Shown here: in pieces, positions 45,830-56,389 of the stretch
Numbering within the stretch: the stretch's first letter is position 1
Layout of the letters: the number at the start of each line of letters is the position of its first letter
From: Bacillota bacterium
GTDB lineage: Bacteria > Bacillota > Clostridia > Peptostreptococcales > Anaerovoracaceae
Direction: 5' to 3'
Length of the DNA: 64,000 nt
Assembly (NCBI GenBank): GCA_023415235.1
Contig: JAEZLP010000030.1
Coordinates: 65-64,064, forward strand
Notes under the pieces: model-generated
Database searches by the model: none
Told to the model about the DNA's origin: nothing
The model's input: the letters and a program-made list of their open reading frames with translations, nothing else
Translations under genes and position numbers: made by a program

Positions 45830-45883
45830 ACAAACCTCCTGGAGTTTCATACTCAACTCTCTGAAATCCGCTCGGGCCGATGA

Positions 45884-46771
45884 TTATTGAGGTTCAATCA
45901 GTCCGTATGCTTCAAGCTCTTTTCTGATGATTTCCATGGATTTTTCATCAGGGGGGCAAAGGGGGAGACGGTATTCCAGCTCGATTTTGCCCATTAGATT
46001 CAACGCTGCCTTAACAGGGATCGGATTGACTTCGATAAACATGGCGTCGATCAGATGTTTCATTCCCAATTGAAGCTTTCCCGCCTCTTTAGTATCTCCG
46101 GAAAGATATTTCATGACCATGGTATGGGTATCCTTCGGAATTACATTGGCCACTGTGGATATGACGCCCAGTCCGCCTACAGATAGCAGGGGAACGACCA
46201 TGTCGTCATTTCCGGAATAGAGGGCAAAATCATCCCCGATGCATTTTGCAATCTCCACGACTTGGGAAATGTTGCCGCTGGCCTCCTTGATCCCTGCAAT
46301 ATTGGGATGCCCAGCCAGCTCAAAAACGGTTGAAGGGCTAATATTCACGCCGGTCCTTCCTGCAACAGAGTATAATATTATGGGAATATCAACTGCATCT
46401 GCAATTTTGGTGTAGTGTTTTATCAGCCCTTTTTGTGTACATTTGTTGTAATATGGGGTAACCAGCAGGAGTCCGTCTGCGCCGCAAGCCTCAAGCTCCT
46501 GAGACATATAGACCGCATGGGAGGTATCATTGCTCCCGGCTCCAGCGATGACCGGAACTCTGCCGCTTACTTTTTCTATTGCATACTGAACAGTCTCGAT
46601 ATGTTCTTTGTCATTAAGTGTAGAAGCTTCTCCGGTGGTTCCGCAAACGATGATTGCGTCGATCTCCTGAGAAATCTGCCAGTCAATCAACTGACCCAGG
46701 CTGGGAAAGTCAACCTTTCCGTCTTTAAAGGGTGTTACGATCGCAACACCTGCGCCTGTGAAGAGTGTCAT
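45884..46771 (-). CDS. dapA: 4-hydroxy-tetrahydrodipicolinate synthase
   Basis: GVAIVTPF, VCGTTGEASTL, PYYNK and the active-site Lys context GIKEASGN. Confidence 0.95.
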   Translation of the reverse strand: MTLFTGAGVAIVTPFKDGKVDFPSLGQLIDWQISQEIDAIIVCGTTGEASTLNDKEHIETVQYAIEKVSGRVPVIAGAGSNDTSHAVYMSQELEACGADGLLLVTPYYNKCTQKGLIKHYTKIADAVDIPIILYSVAGRTGVNISPSTVFELAGHPNIAGIKEASGNISQVVEIAKCIGDDFALYSGNDDMVVPLLSVGGLGVISTVANVIPKDTHTMVMKYLSGDTKEAGKLQLGMKHLIDAMFIEVNPIPVKAALNLMGKIELEYRLPLCPPDEKSMEIIRKELEAYGLIEPQ

Positions 46772-46866
46772 TCAAGACTCACATCCTTCTTACTTAACTA
46801 TTCAATTTTATTATCTTTTTGTGCTTACAATCATACTATGAGAGAACTGCCCATATGTTAACCATT

Positions 46867-47868
46867 TTATAAATAATCCTTAATCAGCACTTCCGCAATC
46901 TGTACAGTATTGGTGGCCGCGCCTTTTCTGATGTTGTCCGCTACGACCCACATGTTGATTCCGTTGTCTACGCTGAAATCTCTTCTGATTCTTCCGACAA
47001 AGACTTCGTCTTTCCCTGCAGCTTCTCTTGCAAGAGGATAAACAGAATTCTCCGGATCATCCTGAAGCACAACGCCAGGCGCTTCGGCCAGCAGCTTTTT
47101 CACATCGGCTACTTCAAAGGGTTTCTCCAACTCTACATTGATGGATTCGCTGTGGGAGTCAAAAACGGGTACGCGCACTGTGGTTGCCGTAACCTTGATT
47201 TTGTCGTCTCCCAGAATCTTGTGGGTCTCGTTGATCATCTTCATCTCTTCCTTCGTATAGCCGTTCTCCAGGAATACGTCGATCTGCGGCAGGCAATTGC
47301 CCGCAATGGCATGGGGATATGCTTTTTTAATATCGTTGCCGGCCAGGCCTTCCTTCAGATCATTGATTCCCTTCAGCCCGGATCCCGATACCGCCTGGTA
47401 GGTGGAGTAGACGATACGTTTGATGCCGTATTTGTCATACAGGGGCTTCAAAGCAACTACTGCCTGAATGGTGGAGCAATTGGGGTTTGCGATAATGCCC
47501 TTGTGCCATTTAATATCATTCGGATTTACTTCCGGCACCACAAGGGGTACATCCTTGTTCATTCTCCACGCGCTGCTGTTGTCAACAACGATTACGCCTT
47601 TTGAGGCCGCGATGGGAGCGAATTTTTCGCTGGTGGATCCCCCCGCCGAGAAAAGGGCGATATCGATAGGCTTGTCAAATGATTTCTCCGTCAGCTCCTC
47701 GACAACATATTCCTTGCCTCTGAAGGTTACTGTGGTGCCTGCAGACTTTGCTGACGCCATCATATATAAGTTTTCAAAAGGGAAATCCCTTTCTTCAAGT
47801 ACCTTTAAAAATGTGCTGCCAACAAGTCCCGTGGCTCCTACAATCGCCAAATTAGGTTTTCTGTTCAT
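46867..47868 (-). CDS. asd: Aspartate-semialdehyde dehydrogenase
   Basis: VGATGLVG, IANPNCSTIQ (active-site Cys) and SGSG. RBS GGAGG with a 7-nt spacer. Confidence 0.95.
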   Translation of the reverse strand: MNRKPNLAIVGATGLVGSTFLKVLEERDFPFENLYMMASAKSAGTTVTFRGKEYVVEELTEKSFDKPIDIALFSAGGSTSEKFAPIAASKGVIVVDNSSAWRMNKDVPLVVPEVNPNDIKWHKGIIANPNCSTIQAVVALKPLYDKYGIKRIVYSTYQAVSGSGLKGINDLKEGLAGNDIKKAYPHAIAGNCLPQIDVFLENGYTKEEMKMINETHKILGDDKIKVTATTVRVPVFDSHSESINVELEKPFEVADVKKLLAEAPGVVLQDDPENSVYPLAREAAGKDEVFVGRIRRDFSVDNGINMWVVADNIRKGAATNTVQIAEVLIKDYL

Positions 47869-48073
47869 TTCTATTCCTCCTTTTATCTAACAGGCGGAAG
47901 CTTTCGCTTCGCCAGGCTTCAAACGATCTGAACGACTCTGTTTTATATATCTGAAATCTGTATTTCCGAAAATAGAACACCGTTAAATTTATAATTATAA
48001 TATTATATAACATTTTCAAGCCAATGTTTAAACTTTTTTTATGCCGCTGCATACTTTTTTTTCAATTAATTTG

Positions 48074-48082
48074 TGGTATAAT
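48074..48082 (+). promoter_or_regulatory. Candidate extended -10 promoter element upstream of ftsK
   Basis: TGgTATAAT at 48074-48082. There is no convincing -35. Confidence 0.3.
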
Positions 48083-48176
48083 TAGGAACGTATAACGAGA
48101 AGAAGGAAGACCAGCCGCTTTCGGCGGATATTATCCGGCGGAAGCAGACGATAAACAATAAAGAGGGTAGTAACAT

Positions 48177-50705
48177 ATGGTCGAAGAAAAAAAGAGAAGA
48201 GGAAGACCCCCCGGATCAAAAAATAAGCCGAAAAGCAGACCGGAGCCTGTGAAAGCCGCAGCGGGGAGCAGGCTTAAGGATGAGATCTGGGCCATCGTGA
48301 TTTTGGCCTTGGGAACGTTTCTGGTCGTATCCCTTCAGACGGAAGCGGCCGGCCAGTTCGGCCACATCATTCAAAAGTTCTTAAAAGGAAGCTTTGGACT
48401 CATAGCCTACGTGTTACCTTATTATCTGATATTATACGGACTGCTGCTATTTGCTAAACGCACCGCCCATATCAGCGGACGGTCCCTTGTTTTTCTGTTT
48501 CTTATCTTTCTTATGCTTACCCTGATCAATTCTGCCAGATATCTGGGAGCGGATGCAGGATACACCTTCTCGGCCCAATTTCTCAGTCAGATGTTCCAAA
48601 CGGGAACGGAGCTGAAAAGCGGAGGGCTTTTCGGCATGACGGCCGGCTTCCTGCTTGTCAAGGTCATAGGAATGATCGGATTGTACATACTATCCATCGT
48701 GGTGATCCTGATATCCGTAATGATGGTGATCAATACGCCTTTATCCCAGTTCTTTGACAAAATGAAGGCAAAAAGGCAGGCAAAGAAGGAGGCGGCCGCC
48801 CTGGAGACAGTTGACGCAGCCCCGGCGCAGTCAATCACGTTGCCTGGGGGAGCAGAGCATAAGAAAACGGTCGACGCCCCGAAAATCATTGAAGGCCATG
48901 AAAAGCTGCATCCGTTTGAAAATAAAGAGTACAAGCATAATACAATGGAATTGCCTGTGATCAATCCTGTGTCCTTCACCGGAGGACCGATCACGGAAAA
49001 TCAGATGAAAATTCTGGACTATATGAAGGATGACGATTTGTTTGAGAAGCCATCACAGGATTCCGTCCATACAGGATTGGGCCTTGAGGAAATTTTGCCT
49101 GCCGAGCCCGGCATGGGGCTGGAGGGGGATTCCAATTCAATGGCTTCTGTGGAAAAACAGTCGGAGGAACCCTTGGGAAAACCCGCTCCTGTTAAGCTTT
49201 CCAAGGAAGAGCTCGCCACAAAAACGGAGGAGCTTCACATAAAAACGGGAGGAGCGATGCAAAAACCATATCACCTTCCTCCTGTGGATCTGCTTTCAAA
49301 AGCGCCCGGCACCAGCTCGCTGGGGGAAAGCGAGGGCCTTAAGGCCAAGGCGGCAAAGCTGGAGCAGACTCTCAGAGATTTCAACGTAAACGCGAAGGTT
49401 GTCCAGGTAACCAAGGGACCGGCCGTTACAAGATATGAAATCCAACCGAATACGGGAGTCAAAGTCAGCAGCATCGTACGGCTTGCAGACGATATTGCCT
49501 TGAACCTGGAAGCCAAGAGCATCCGTATCGAAGCACCGATCCCCGGAAAAGCGGCAGTTGGGATTGAGGTGGAGAATGAGCGGGTGAATCTGGTTGCCCT
49601 GAGAGAAATTATTGAATCGGGAGAATACAAAACCGCAAAATCAAAGATTACCTTTGCAGTCGGCAAGGATATCGCGGGAAAATCCATAGTCGCAGACCTG
49701 AAGAGCATGCCCCATATGCTGATCGCGGGTTCCACCGGTTCCGGCAAAAGCGTATGCATCAACAGCATCATCATCAGCCTGCTCTATCGGGCGAAACCGG
49801 ACGAGGTGAAATTTGTGCTCATCGATCCGAAGGTAGTCGAGCTTGGAAACTACAACGGAATTCCGCATTTGCTGATCCCCGTTGTAACGGAGCCGAGCAA
49901 GGCCGCAGCCGCATTGAACTGGGCCGTGGCTGAAATGACGGATCGGTACAAGAAATTTGCCGAGGAAGGGGTCAGGGATCTGGAATCCTTCAATAACAGC
50001 ATAAAGAAGAAGGGGGAAAACGAACGCTTCCTGCCTCAGATCGTCATTATCATAGATGAGCTGGCGGATCTTATGATGGCTGCGCCGGCCCAGGTTGAGG
50101 AGTCCATCTGCAGACTGGCTCAGATGGCCAGAGCAGCCGGGATGCACCTGATCGTAGCGACTCAGAGGCCTTCCGTGGATATCATAACCGGAGTAATCAA
50201 GGCGAATATCCCGTCCAGAATCGCATTTGCCGTATCCTCCCAGTTCGATTCCAGAACGATCCTGGATATGGCAGGGGCGGAGAAGCTTGTGGGAAAAGGC
50301 GATATGCTGTTCAATCCCATGGGGATCGCCAAGCCGATCCGTGTCCAGGGAACCTTTATTTCCGATACGGAAGTCCATAAGGTGATTGAATTTGTAAAAA
50401 ATCAGTCTCCGGAAACAGAGTACGCCAGCGACGTCATGCACAGCATTGAAAAGGTCCAGACACAGGCTTCGGATGAGGATACCGATGAGCTTCTATCAGA
50501 CGCCATTGAGACCGTCGTTAGAGCGGAACAGGCCTCCGTTTCCATGCTTCAGCGCAGATTCCGCATCGGCTACAACAGGGCGGCAAGACTCATTGACATG
50601 ATGGAAGCCAGAGGAATTATCGGACCGGCCGACGGCAGCAGACCGAGAAGGGTTTTGATGACGGAAGACGAATTTTTAGGGCTTTCGGCAGATACAGACG
50701 AATAA
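48177..50705 (+). CDS. ftsK: DNA translocase FtsK/SpoIIIE
   Basis: N-terminal TM helices, a linker, the motor domain with Walker A GSTGSGKS and [11 protein letters not shown], and a C-terminal gamma domain ([20 protein letters not shown]). Confidence 0.95.
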   Translation: MVEEKKRRGRPPGSKNKPKSRPEPVKAAAGSRLKDEIWAIVILALGTFLVVSLQTEAAGQFGHIIQKFLKGSFGLIAYVLPYYLILYGLLLFAKRTAHISGRSLVFLFLIFLMLTLINSARYLGADAGYTFSAQFLSQMFQTGTELKSGGLFGMTAGFLLVKVIGMIGLYILSIVVILISVMMVINTPLSQFFDKMKAKRQAKKEAAALETVDAAPAQSITLPGGAEHKKTVDAPKIIEGHEKLHPFENKEYKHNTMELPVINPVSFTGGPITENQMKILDYMKDDDLFEKPSQDSVHTGLGLEEILPAEPGMGLEGDSNSMASVEKQSEEPLGKPAPVKLSKEELATKTEELHIKTGGAMQKPYHLPPVDLLSKAPGTSSLGESEGLKAKAAKLEQTLRDFNVNAKVVQVTKGPAVTRYEIQPNTGVKVSSIVRLADDIALNLEAKSIRIEAPIPGKAAVGIEVENERVNLVALREIIESGEYKTAKSKITFAVGKDIAGKSIVADLKSMPHMLIAGSTGSGKSVCINSIIISLLYRAKPDEVKFVLIDPKVVELGNYNGIPHLLIPVVTEPSKAAAALNWAVAEMTDRYKKFAEEGVRDLESFNNSIKKKGENERFLPQIVIIIDELADLMMAAPAQVEESICRLAQMARAAGMHLIVATQRPSVDIITGVIKANIPSRIAFAVSSQFDSRTILDMAGAEKLVGKGDMLFNPMGIAKPIRVQGTFISDTEVHKVIEFVKNQSPETEYASDVMHSIEKVQTQASDEDTDELLSDAIETVVRAEQASVSMLQRRFRIGYNRAARLIDMMEARGIIGPADGSRPRRVLMTEDEFLGLSADTDE

Positions 50706-50722
50706 ATAAAAAAGAGGTATCA

Positions 50723-52057
50723 ATGAATATATATATAGAAACACTTGGCTGCGCGAAGAATGCCAGCGACTCTGAAACTGCCGCCGGCATACTGGAAGCG
50801 GCGGGACACAAGATAGTGAAAAATCCGGAGGAAGCGGACGGAATCATCGTCAATACCTGCGGATTCATCAATGATGCAAAAAAGGAATCCATTAGCCGCA
50901 TCTTCGATATGACGGAGTACAAGAAAAACGGCGGCCTGCTGATCGTAACGGGCTGTCTGTCCCAGCGATATGGCGAGGAGCTTTATAAAGAAATGCCTGA
51001 AGTGGACATCTTTCTTGGCGTAAACGACTATCCGGCTCTTCCTGAAATCTTGAAAAACCATGTGGCGGGGCAGCGGGAGAAGTACTTAAGCGTTTATGAA
51101 AAGGGCTTCCTAGAAACCGGAAGAAGAAAACGGATGGACCCGTCCTACAGCGCGACGGTCAAAATAGCGGAGGGCTGCAACAATGTGTGCGCCTACTGTG
51201 TCATTCCTTCCATCCGCGGTCCTTATCGAAGCAGGCGAAAGGAGGACATCCTTGCTGAAATCCGCCAGCTGGCGGAAGAGGACTGCAAAGAGGTCATTCT
51301 CATCGCGCAGGACGTTACGGCCTACGGCATGGATCTTTACGGCGAGCTGAAGCTTGCCTCACTTCTGAAGGAAATGTGCCGGATAGATGGAATCCGATGG
51401 ATCCGGCTTATGTATTGCTATGAGGACCGTATCACCGATGAATTGATTCAAGTCATGGCATCAGAAGAAAAAATATGCCATTATATCGATATCCCGATCC
51501 AGCATGCTAGCGACAAGATCCTCAAGGCAATGAACCGCCGTTCCACCAAAGCATCCATTCTCAATACAATTTCACGGTTGAGAGCCGCCATGCCGGACAT
51601 TCATATCCGTACCACCCTGATCACCGGTTTTCCGGGAGAAGGGAAGGAGGAGTTTGAAGAACTTGTGGAATTTGTGGAAACACAGAGGTTTGAGCGTCTG
51701 GGAGTATTTACTTATTCAAAGGAAGAGGGTACGCCCGCGGCCCGCATGAAAAATCAAGTCAGGGAAGACACCAAGCAGAGAAGAAAAGAGATTCTGATGA
51801 GAAAACAGCTGGAAATTTCTCTGGCCTCCAATGAAGAAAAAATAGGAAGGGTTCTGGAGGTTCTTGTAGAGGAACTGGATGAAGATGGCAGCTATATCGG
51901 CCGCAGCAGATACGACGCCCCGGAAATTGACAATTCCGTCATTTTCTCTTCTCATCGCATATGCAAGCCGGGAGATCTTGTTCCCGTGAAAATAACGGAC
52001 GCTTTTGATTACGACCTTGTCGGAAGAATGGAGGACGAAGATGAATCTGCCGAATAA
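50723..52057 (+). CDS. rimO: Ribosomal protein S12 methylthiotransferase
   Basis: UPF0004 N-domain (ETLGCAKN), radical SAM motif CNNVCAYCVIP and a C-terminal TRAM domain. Confidence 0.9.
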   Translation: MNIYIETLGCAKNASDSETAAGILEAAGHKIVKNPEEADGIIVNTCGFINDAKKESISRIFDMTEYKKNGGLLIVTGCLSQRYGEELYKEMPEVDIFLGVNDYPALPEILKNHVAGQREKYLSVYEKGFLETGRRKRMDPSYSATVKIAEGCNNVCAYCVIPSIRGPYRSRRKEDILAEIRQLAEEDCKEVILIAQDVTAYGMDLYGELKLASLLKEMCRIDGIRWIRLMYCYEDRITDELIQVMASEEKICHYIDIPIQHASDKILKAMNRRSTKASILNTISRLRAAMPDIHIRTTLITGFPGEGKEEFEELVEFVETQRFERLGVFTYSKEEGTPAARMKNQVREDTKQRRKEILMRKQLEISLASNEEKIGRVLEVLVEELDEDGSYIGRSRYDAPEIDNSVIFSSHRICKPGDLVPVKITDAFDYDLVGRMEDEDESAE

Positions 52058-52568
52058 ACTGACCATGCTCAGAATAATAATGATCCCCGTGTTCATAATA
52101 GTACTTATGAGCGGATATTATTATATTTCCGCCGTCATATTTATCCTTGCGTCTGCAACGGATGCCCTGGACGGTCATATTGCCAGAAAATACAACCTGG
52201 TTACCAATTTCGGAAAAATTATGGACCCCTTGGCGGACAAGATGCTTGTCATCTCCGCTTTGATCTGTCTTGTGGAGTTGGGCGATGTAGCCGGCTGGAT
52301 GGTAATCGTGATTCTTGCCCGAGAGTTTACCATAACAGGATTACGTACAGTCGCAGCCGCCCAAGGCATAGTCATCGCCGCAGGCTGGTCTGGTAAATTT
52401 AAAACTGTTTTGCAGATGATCGCCGTTCCGGCCCTGTTGCTTCAAAACTGGCCGTTCTCACTGATCGGCTTTCCATTCGCAGAAATTATGCTCTGGGCCT
52501 CTGTTATCATGACCATCGTCTCCGGTGTGGAGTACGTGGTGAAGAATAAAAGTGTTTTTTCCATGTAA
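52041..52568 (+). CDS. pgsA: CDP-diacylglycerol--glycerol-3-phosphate 3-phosphatidyltransferase
   Basis: NLPNKLTMLRI and the CDP-alcohol motif DALDGHIARKYNLVTNFGKIMDPLADK. The ATG at 52041 is 6 nt after GGAGG and overlaps the rimO end. Confidence 0.9.
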   Translation: MNLPNKLTMLRIIMIPVFIIVLMSGYYYISAVIFILASATDALDGHIARKYNLVTNFGKIMDPLADKMLVISALICLVELGDVAGWMVIVILAREFTITGLRTVAAAQGIVIAAGWSGKFKTVLQMIAVPALLLQNWPFSLIGFPFAEIMLWASVIMTIVSGVEYVVKNKSVFSM

Positions 52569-52597
52569 TTTTTTCAGAAAGAAGAGTACATTGCTTT

Positions 52598-53836
52598 ATG
52601 AAATCAGCGATTATCAGCGTCGGAACAGAATTGCTGTTCGGACAGATTACCAATACCAATTCCGTTTTTTTATCACAGCAGCTGAATCATCTAGGGATCG
52701 ACGTGATGTTTCACTATACCGTGGGAGATAATCCCAAACGGCTTGCCGAAGTAATCCGCCAGGCTTTTACAGACTGCGATCTTATTATAACCACAGGCGG
52801 TCTCGGACCGACCCAGGACGACCTGACAAAGGAAATCGCGGCGGAGGTGCTCCATGATGAGCTTGTGCTTCATGAGGACATGCTGAACAATCTGGAACAG
52901 TATTTCAGAAAGCTCAACCGCGTCATGACGGAAAACAACAGAAAACAGGCATATCTTCCTTCAAGAGCGGTCACCTTCGACAACGATGCGGGAACAGCGC
53001 CGGGCTTTGCTCTTGAAGAGAATGGGAAAACCATCATCTGCCTTCCCGGACCGCCTCGAGAAATGACCCGGATGTTTGAAAGAAGGGTGAAACCGTATCT
53101 TCTTGAAAAAACAGAGAGCGTCATCTACTATAAAATGCTCCGAACCTTCGGGATCGGAGAATCCTTACTGGAAACAGAGCTTCTGGAATGGATTGACGGG
53201 CAGACGGATCCGACCCTGGCCACCTATGCAAAGGAAGGCGAAGCCTGTCTGCGGATCACATCCAAGCGAAAAACCCTTGAAGAAGCGAAGGCCGCTGTGG
53301 ACGATATGATCGAAAAAGTAAACAGCAAAATCGGAAGGTTTGTTTACAGCTACGACGATGAAGAACTCTATCAGGTGGTGGGCAGAAAGCTTCTGGAACA
53401 CAAGATTTCCATCTCAAGCGCCGAATCCTGCACCGGCGGACTTTTTGCCCAGACTATGACAGAGATTCCCGGCATTTCAGCGGTCTTTGACCGCGGCTTT
53501 ATTACCTACAGCAATCAGGCAAAGATGGAGGAGCTTGGCGTTCAGGCGAAAACCCTGGAGCGGTATGGTGCAGTCAGCGAAGAAACCGCTGTGGAAATGG
53601 CGAAGGGTTTGAAGCAGGTCACCGGCAGCCGGCTTTGCATCTCTGTTACTGGAATCGCAGGCCCGGATGGAGGCACGGATGAAAAACCGGTCGGGCTTGT
53701 CTACATCTGCGCCATTCTGGATGAGGAACTGGTAAGCAAGGAACTGAAAATCAGAAACGTCAGCAGAAAGTGGAACAGAAATTACACCGTCCTGTGCATG
53801 CTGGATTTGATCAACCATTTGATTGACCGGAGGTAG
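52598..53836 (+). CDS. cinA: Competence/damage-inducible protein CinA (MoCF-binding domain plus nicotinamide-nucleotide amidohydrolase)
   Basis: IISVGTELLFGQITNTN, TTGGLGPTQDDLT and the C-terminal SAESCTGG. Located upstream of recA. Confidence 0.9.
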   Translation: MKSAIISVGTELLFGQITNTNSVFLSQQLNHLGIDVMFHYTVGDNPKRLAEVIRQAFTDCDLIITTGGLGPTQDDLTKEIAAEVLHDELVLHEDMLNNLEQYFRKLNRVMTENNRKQAYLPSRAVTFDNDAGTAPGFALEENGKTIICLPGPPREMTRMFERRVKPYLLEKTESVIYYKMLRTFGIGESLLETELLEWIDGQTDPTLATYAKEGEACLRITSKRKTLEEAKAAVDDMIEKVNSKIGRFVYSYDDEELYQVVGRKLLEHKISISSAESCTGGLFAQTMTEIPGISAVFDRGFITYSNQAKMEELGVQAKTLERYGAVSEETAVEMAKGLKQVTGSRLCISVTGIAGPDGGTDEKPVGLVYICAILDEELVSKELKIRNVSRKWNRNYTVLCMLDLINHLIDRR

Positions 53837-53856
53837 CGCGAAAGCGCTCCTCTTTT
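53833..53856 (+). terminator. Terminator of cinA
   Basis: agcgc-gaaa-gcgct hairpin followed by cctctttttt. Confidence 0.65.
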
Positions 53857-54008
53857 TTGTCGGATCTGTTACCTTTTTGCTATTGATAAATATTTAAATA
53901 TTGAAATTTTTTCGATATATATTTACATTCTATGTATGATATGGTAATATATACCATATCGGGTTTTCGATTAGACTATAATACCTTGAATCATAGTAAA
54001 AATAATGC

Positions 54009-54037
54009 TTGACCGGAATGGGCAATTATATTATGAT
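54009..54037 (+). promoter_or_regulatory. Sigma-A promoter of recA
   Basis: TTGACC, a 17-nt spacer, then TATGAT. Confidence 0.6.
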
Positions 54038-54043
54038 ATCAAT

Positions 54044-54057
54044 AGAACAAATGTTCT
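54044..54057 (+). promoter_or_regulatory. LexA (Cheo/SOS) box
   Basis: aGAACaaatGTTCt matches the Firmicute consensus GAAC-N4-GTTC. It sits 7 nt downstream of the -10. Confidence 0.7.
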
Positions 54058-54113
54058 CGGTGATGAATGGCTAAATTCCAATATTTATTACATAAACAGG
54101 AGGATCGATTACC

Positions 54114-55157
54114 ATGAGTATCAGTAAAGACGATAAGGATAAAGCCCTGGAAGCGGCTATGCTGCAAATACAAAAACAATTCGGCAAGGGCGCCATCATG
54201 AAGTTGGGCAGCGACGAAGCAAACAGGAGCATAGAAGCGATATCGACAGGGGCGGTTAGCCTTGATATCGCCACCGGCATAGGCGGAATTCCTCGTGGAA
54301 GAATTACAGAGATCTACGGACCGGAATCCTCCGGAAAAACCACTCTTACCCTGCATATCATTGCGGAAGCACAGAAAAAAGGCGGCAAGGCGGCCTTCAT
54401 CGATGCGGAGCATGCTCTGGATCCCGAGTATGCAAGAAACCTTGGTGTGGACGTAAACGAGCTGCTGGTTTCCCAGCCCGACACAGGAGAGCAGGCGCTC
54501 GAGATCTGTGAAATGCTGGTTCGGAGTGGGGCCATTGACGTTGTGGTAGTTGACTCTGTTGCCGCTCTGGTCCCCAGAGCCGAAATACAGGGCGAGATGG
54601 GGGACAGTCATGTGGGACTGCAGGCACGTCTCATGTCCCAGGCGCTTAGAAAGCTGGCCGGCGCGATCAATAAATCAAATACAGCCGCCATCTTTATCAA
54701 CCAGCTGCGTGAAAAGGTCGGTGTTATGTTCGGAAATCCGGAGGTAACCACCGGCGGAAGGGCGCTTAAGTTTTATGCTTCCATGCGGCTTGATGTAAGA
54801 AAGGTGGAAAGCATCAAGTCCGGCGACTCCGTTCTGGGCAACCGTACCCGTGTCAAGGTGGTTAAGAACAAAGTCGCTCCTCCGTTCAAACAGGCGGAAT
54901 TTGATATTATGTATGGTCAGGGAATCTCCAGAGAGGGGGATGTTCTTGATTGTGCAGTGGAAGCCAAAATCGTCGAAAAAGCAGGCTCCTGGTACAGCTT
55001 CAACGGCGAAAGGATCGGACAGGGCAGGGAAAATGTTAAAACCTTCCTTGCAGACAACAAGGATATACTGGCTCAGATTGAAGAGCGCCTGACGGGCAGC
55101 ATCGCCTCCTTGAAGCCACTGAATGTGGATGAAGACGGTGTAATTATTGAGGATTAA
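54114..55157 (+). CDS. recA: Recombinase A
   Basis: GPESSGKTT Walker [11 protein letters not shown] and [18 protein letters not shown]. Confidence 0.97.
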   Translation: MSISKDDKDKALEAAMLQIQKQFGKGAIMKLGSDEANRSIEAISTGAVSLDIATGIGGIPRGRITEIYGPESSGKTTLTLHIIAEAQKKGGKAAFIDAEHALDPEYARNLGVDVNELLVSQPDTGEQALEICEMLVRSGAIDVVVVDSVAALVPRAEIQGEMGDSHVGLQARLMSQALRKLAGAINKSNTAAIFINQLREKVGVMFGNPEVTTGGRALKFYASMRLDVRKVESIKSGDSVLGNRTRVKVVKNKVAPPFKQAEFDIMYGQGISREGDVLDCAVEAKIVEKAGSWYSFNGERIGQGRENVKTFLADNKDILAQIEERLTGSIASLKPLNVDEDGVIIED

Positions 55158-55226
55158 TAAGATTCATTGTTCATGGCTAAATAGATCATTTTCATATAGT
55201 ACCAAATCCATCAAATCTGATTGATG

Positions 55227-55257
55227 AAAAGGATGCATCCCAGCATCCTTTTTTTTC
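55227..55257 (+). terminator. Rho-independent terminator of recA
   Basis: Stem aaaaggatgc / gcatcctttt followed by T8. Confidence 0.85.
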
Positions 55258-55276
55258 GTGGATAAGCAGAATAATA

Positions 55277-55305
55277 TTGCACTCGCAGTAATATTATGAT
55301 AATAT
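55277..55305 (+). promoter_or_regulatory. Candidate promoter of the LacI-family regulator / nucleoside operon
   Basis: TTGCAC, a 17-nt spacer, then TAATAT. Confidence 0.45.
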
Positions 55306-55311
55306 ACGCTT

Positions 55312-55340
55312 AGTTAAACGTTTAATTAAAACGTTTAACT
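55312..55340 (+). promoter_or_regulatory. Two tandem LacI-family operators
   Basis: A perfect palindrome ttaaacgtttaa (55314-55325) and an imperfect ttaaaacgtttaac (55326-55339), both with a central CG, centres 13 bp apart. Confidence 0.55.
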
Positions 55341-55368
55341 ATTTGCCTGGCAAAAAGGAGTATGGGGT

Positions 55369-56373
55369 ATGAGTATTACAATCAAAGAAATTGCAAGGCT
55401 GGCAGAGGTTTCTACCGCCACGGTTTCGATGATATTAAATAAAAAGGATAAAAATATCAGTCCTTCCACGCGTAAGAGGGTGCTATCCATTGCGAAGGAG
55501 CATCATTATGTCCCCAACAATGCCGCAAGAAGCCTGGTCACGCGAAAAACGAATACCATCGGATTGATTATGCCGGATATTACAAATCCTTTTTTTCCCG
55601 AAATTGCGCGGGGAGCGGCAGATAAGGCCAGCGAGGCCCGTTACAGCATCATTTACTGCAACTCGGATGACAGCTTGAAGCAGGAAAAAAAGTATATTGA
55701 AATCCTGACGGAAAAGATGGTGGATGGTATCATTTTTGCTCATGCTGCAGACACGGAAGAATCATTCAGTGAGCTCAGCAAGTCAAAAACTCCGATCATA
55801 CTGATTGACAGAGACTATCGTAACGAAAACGTCAAAGGCCGTGTTATCGTGGACAATGAAAGAGGATCTTATACCGGTGTAAACTATCTGATTCAAAAGG
55901 GATATCAAAATATATTATACATTGCCGGAGCGATTATTACGCAGACAGCTAAAGACAGACTGGCGGGCTACAAAAGGGCGCTCAGAGAGAACGGAATCCG
56001 ATATGACGATGTTCTTGTAAAATCAGGATGTTACAAAAGCGAATGGGGATACCAGGCCATGGAACAGTTTCTAGAGGAAAAGGTATCCTTTGACGCAGTA
56101 TTCTGCGGCAACGATCTGATTGCCTTTGGCGCCATGAAGAAATTAAAGGAAGCCGGTGTAAGAGTGCCGGAAGATGTTGGCGTTATGGGGTTTGATGATA
56201 TTTACGTTTCTTCCATGATGGAACCTGCTTTAACCACTGTCAAGCAGCCGAATTACGAGATGGGCTATCAGGCAGTGGAGCTTCTGTTGGATGTGCTTGC
56301 AGGCAACAATGCCGAAACGGAAAGAAAAATAGTATTGAATACGGAACTGATCGTTAGAAATTCCACGCGATAG
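55369..56373 (+). CDS. LacI family transcriptional regulator (RbsR-like)
   Basis: N-terminal HTH region ITIKEIARLAEVSTATVSMILN plus a periplasmic-binding-protein-like sugar-binding core. Confidence 0.9.
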   Translation: MSITIKEIARLAEVSTATVSMILNKKDKNISPSTRKRVLSIAKEHHYVPNNAARSLVTRKTNTIGLIMPDITNPFFPEIARGAADKASEARYSIIYCNSDDSLKQEKKYIEILTEKMVDGIIFAHAADTEESFSELSKSKTPIILIDRDYRNENVKGRVIVDNERGSYTGVNYLIQKGYQNILYIAGAIITQTAKDRLAGYKRALRENGIRYDDVLVKSGCYKSEWGYQAMEQFLEEKVSFDAVFCGNDLIAFGAMKKLKEAGVRVPEDVGVMGFDDIYVSSMMEPALTTVKQPNYEMGYQAVELLLDVLAGNNAETERKIVLNTELIVRNSTR

Positions 56374-56389
56374 AGCGAAGGAGGTACGC

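Noticed and set aside
47869-48060. Possible lysine (L-box) riboswitch in the leader of asd-dapA-dapB
   Set aside because: The minus-strand leader has a GNRA hairpin (ggcgaagc-gaaa-gcttccgcc) and a duplicated GAAGC that could form alternative pairings. I could not find the conserved L-box core elements (GAGGCGC, GGGG...CGCCGAAG). The leader seems too short, and no terminator U-tract follows it. A covariance-model scan (Rfam RF00168) would settle the question.
48177-48260. AT-hook-like [14 protein letters not shown] at the FtsK N-terminus
   Set aside because: Basic N-terminal tails before the first TM helix are common in FtsK/SpoIIIE proteins. There is not enough to propose a distinct DNA-binding role.
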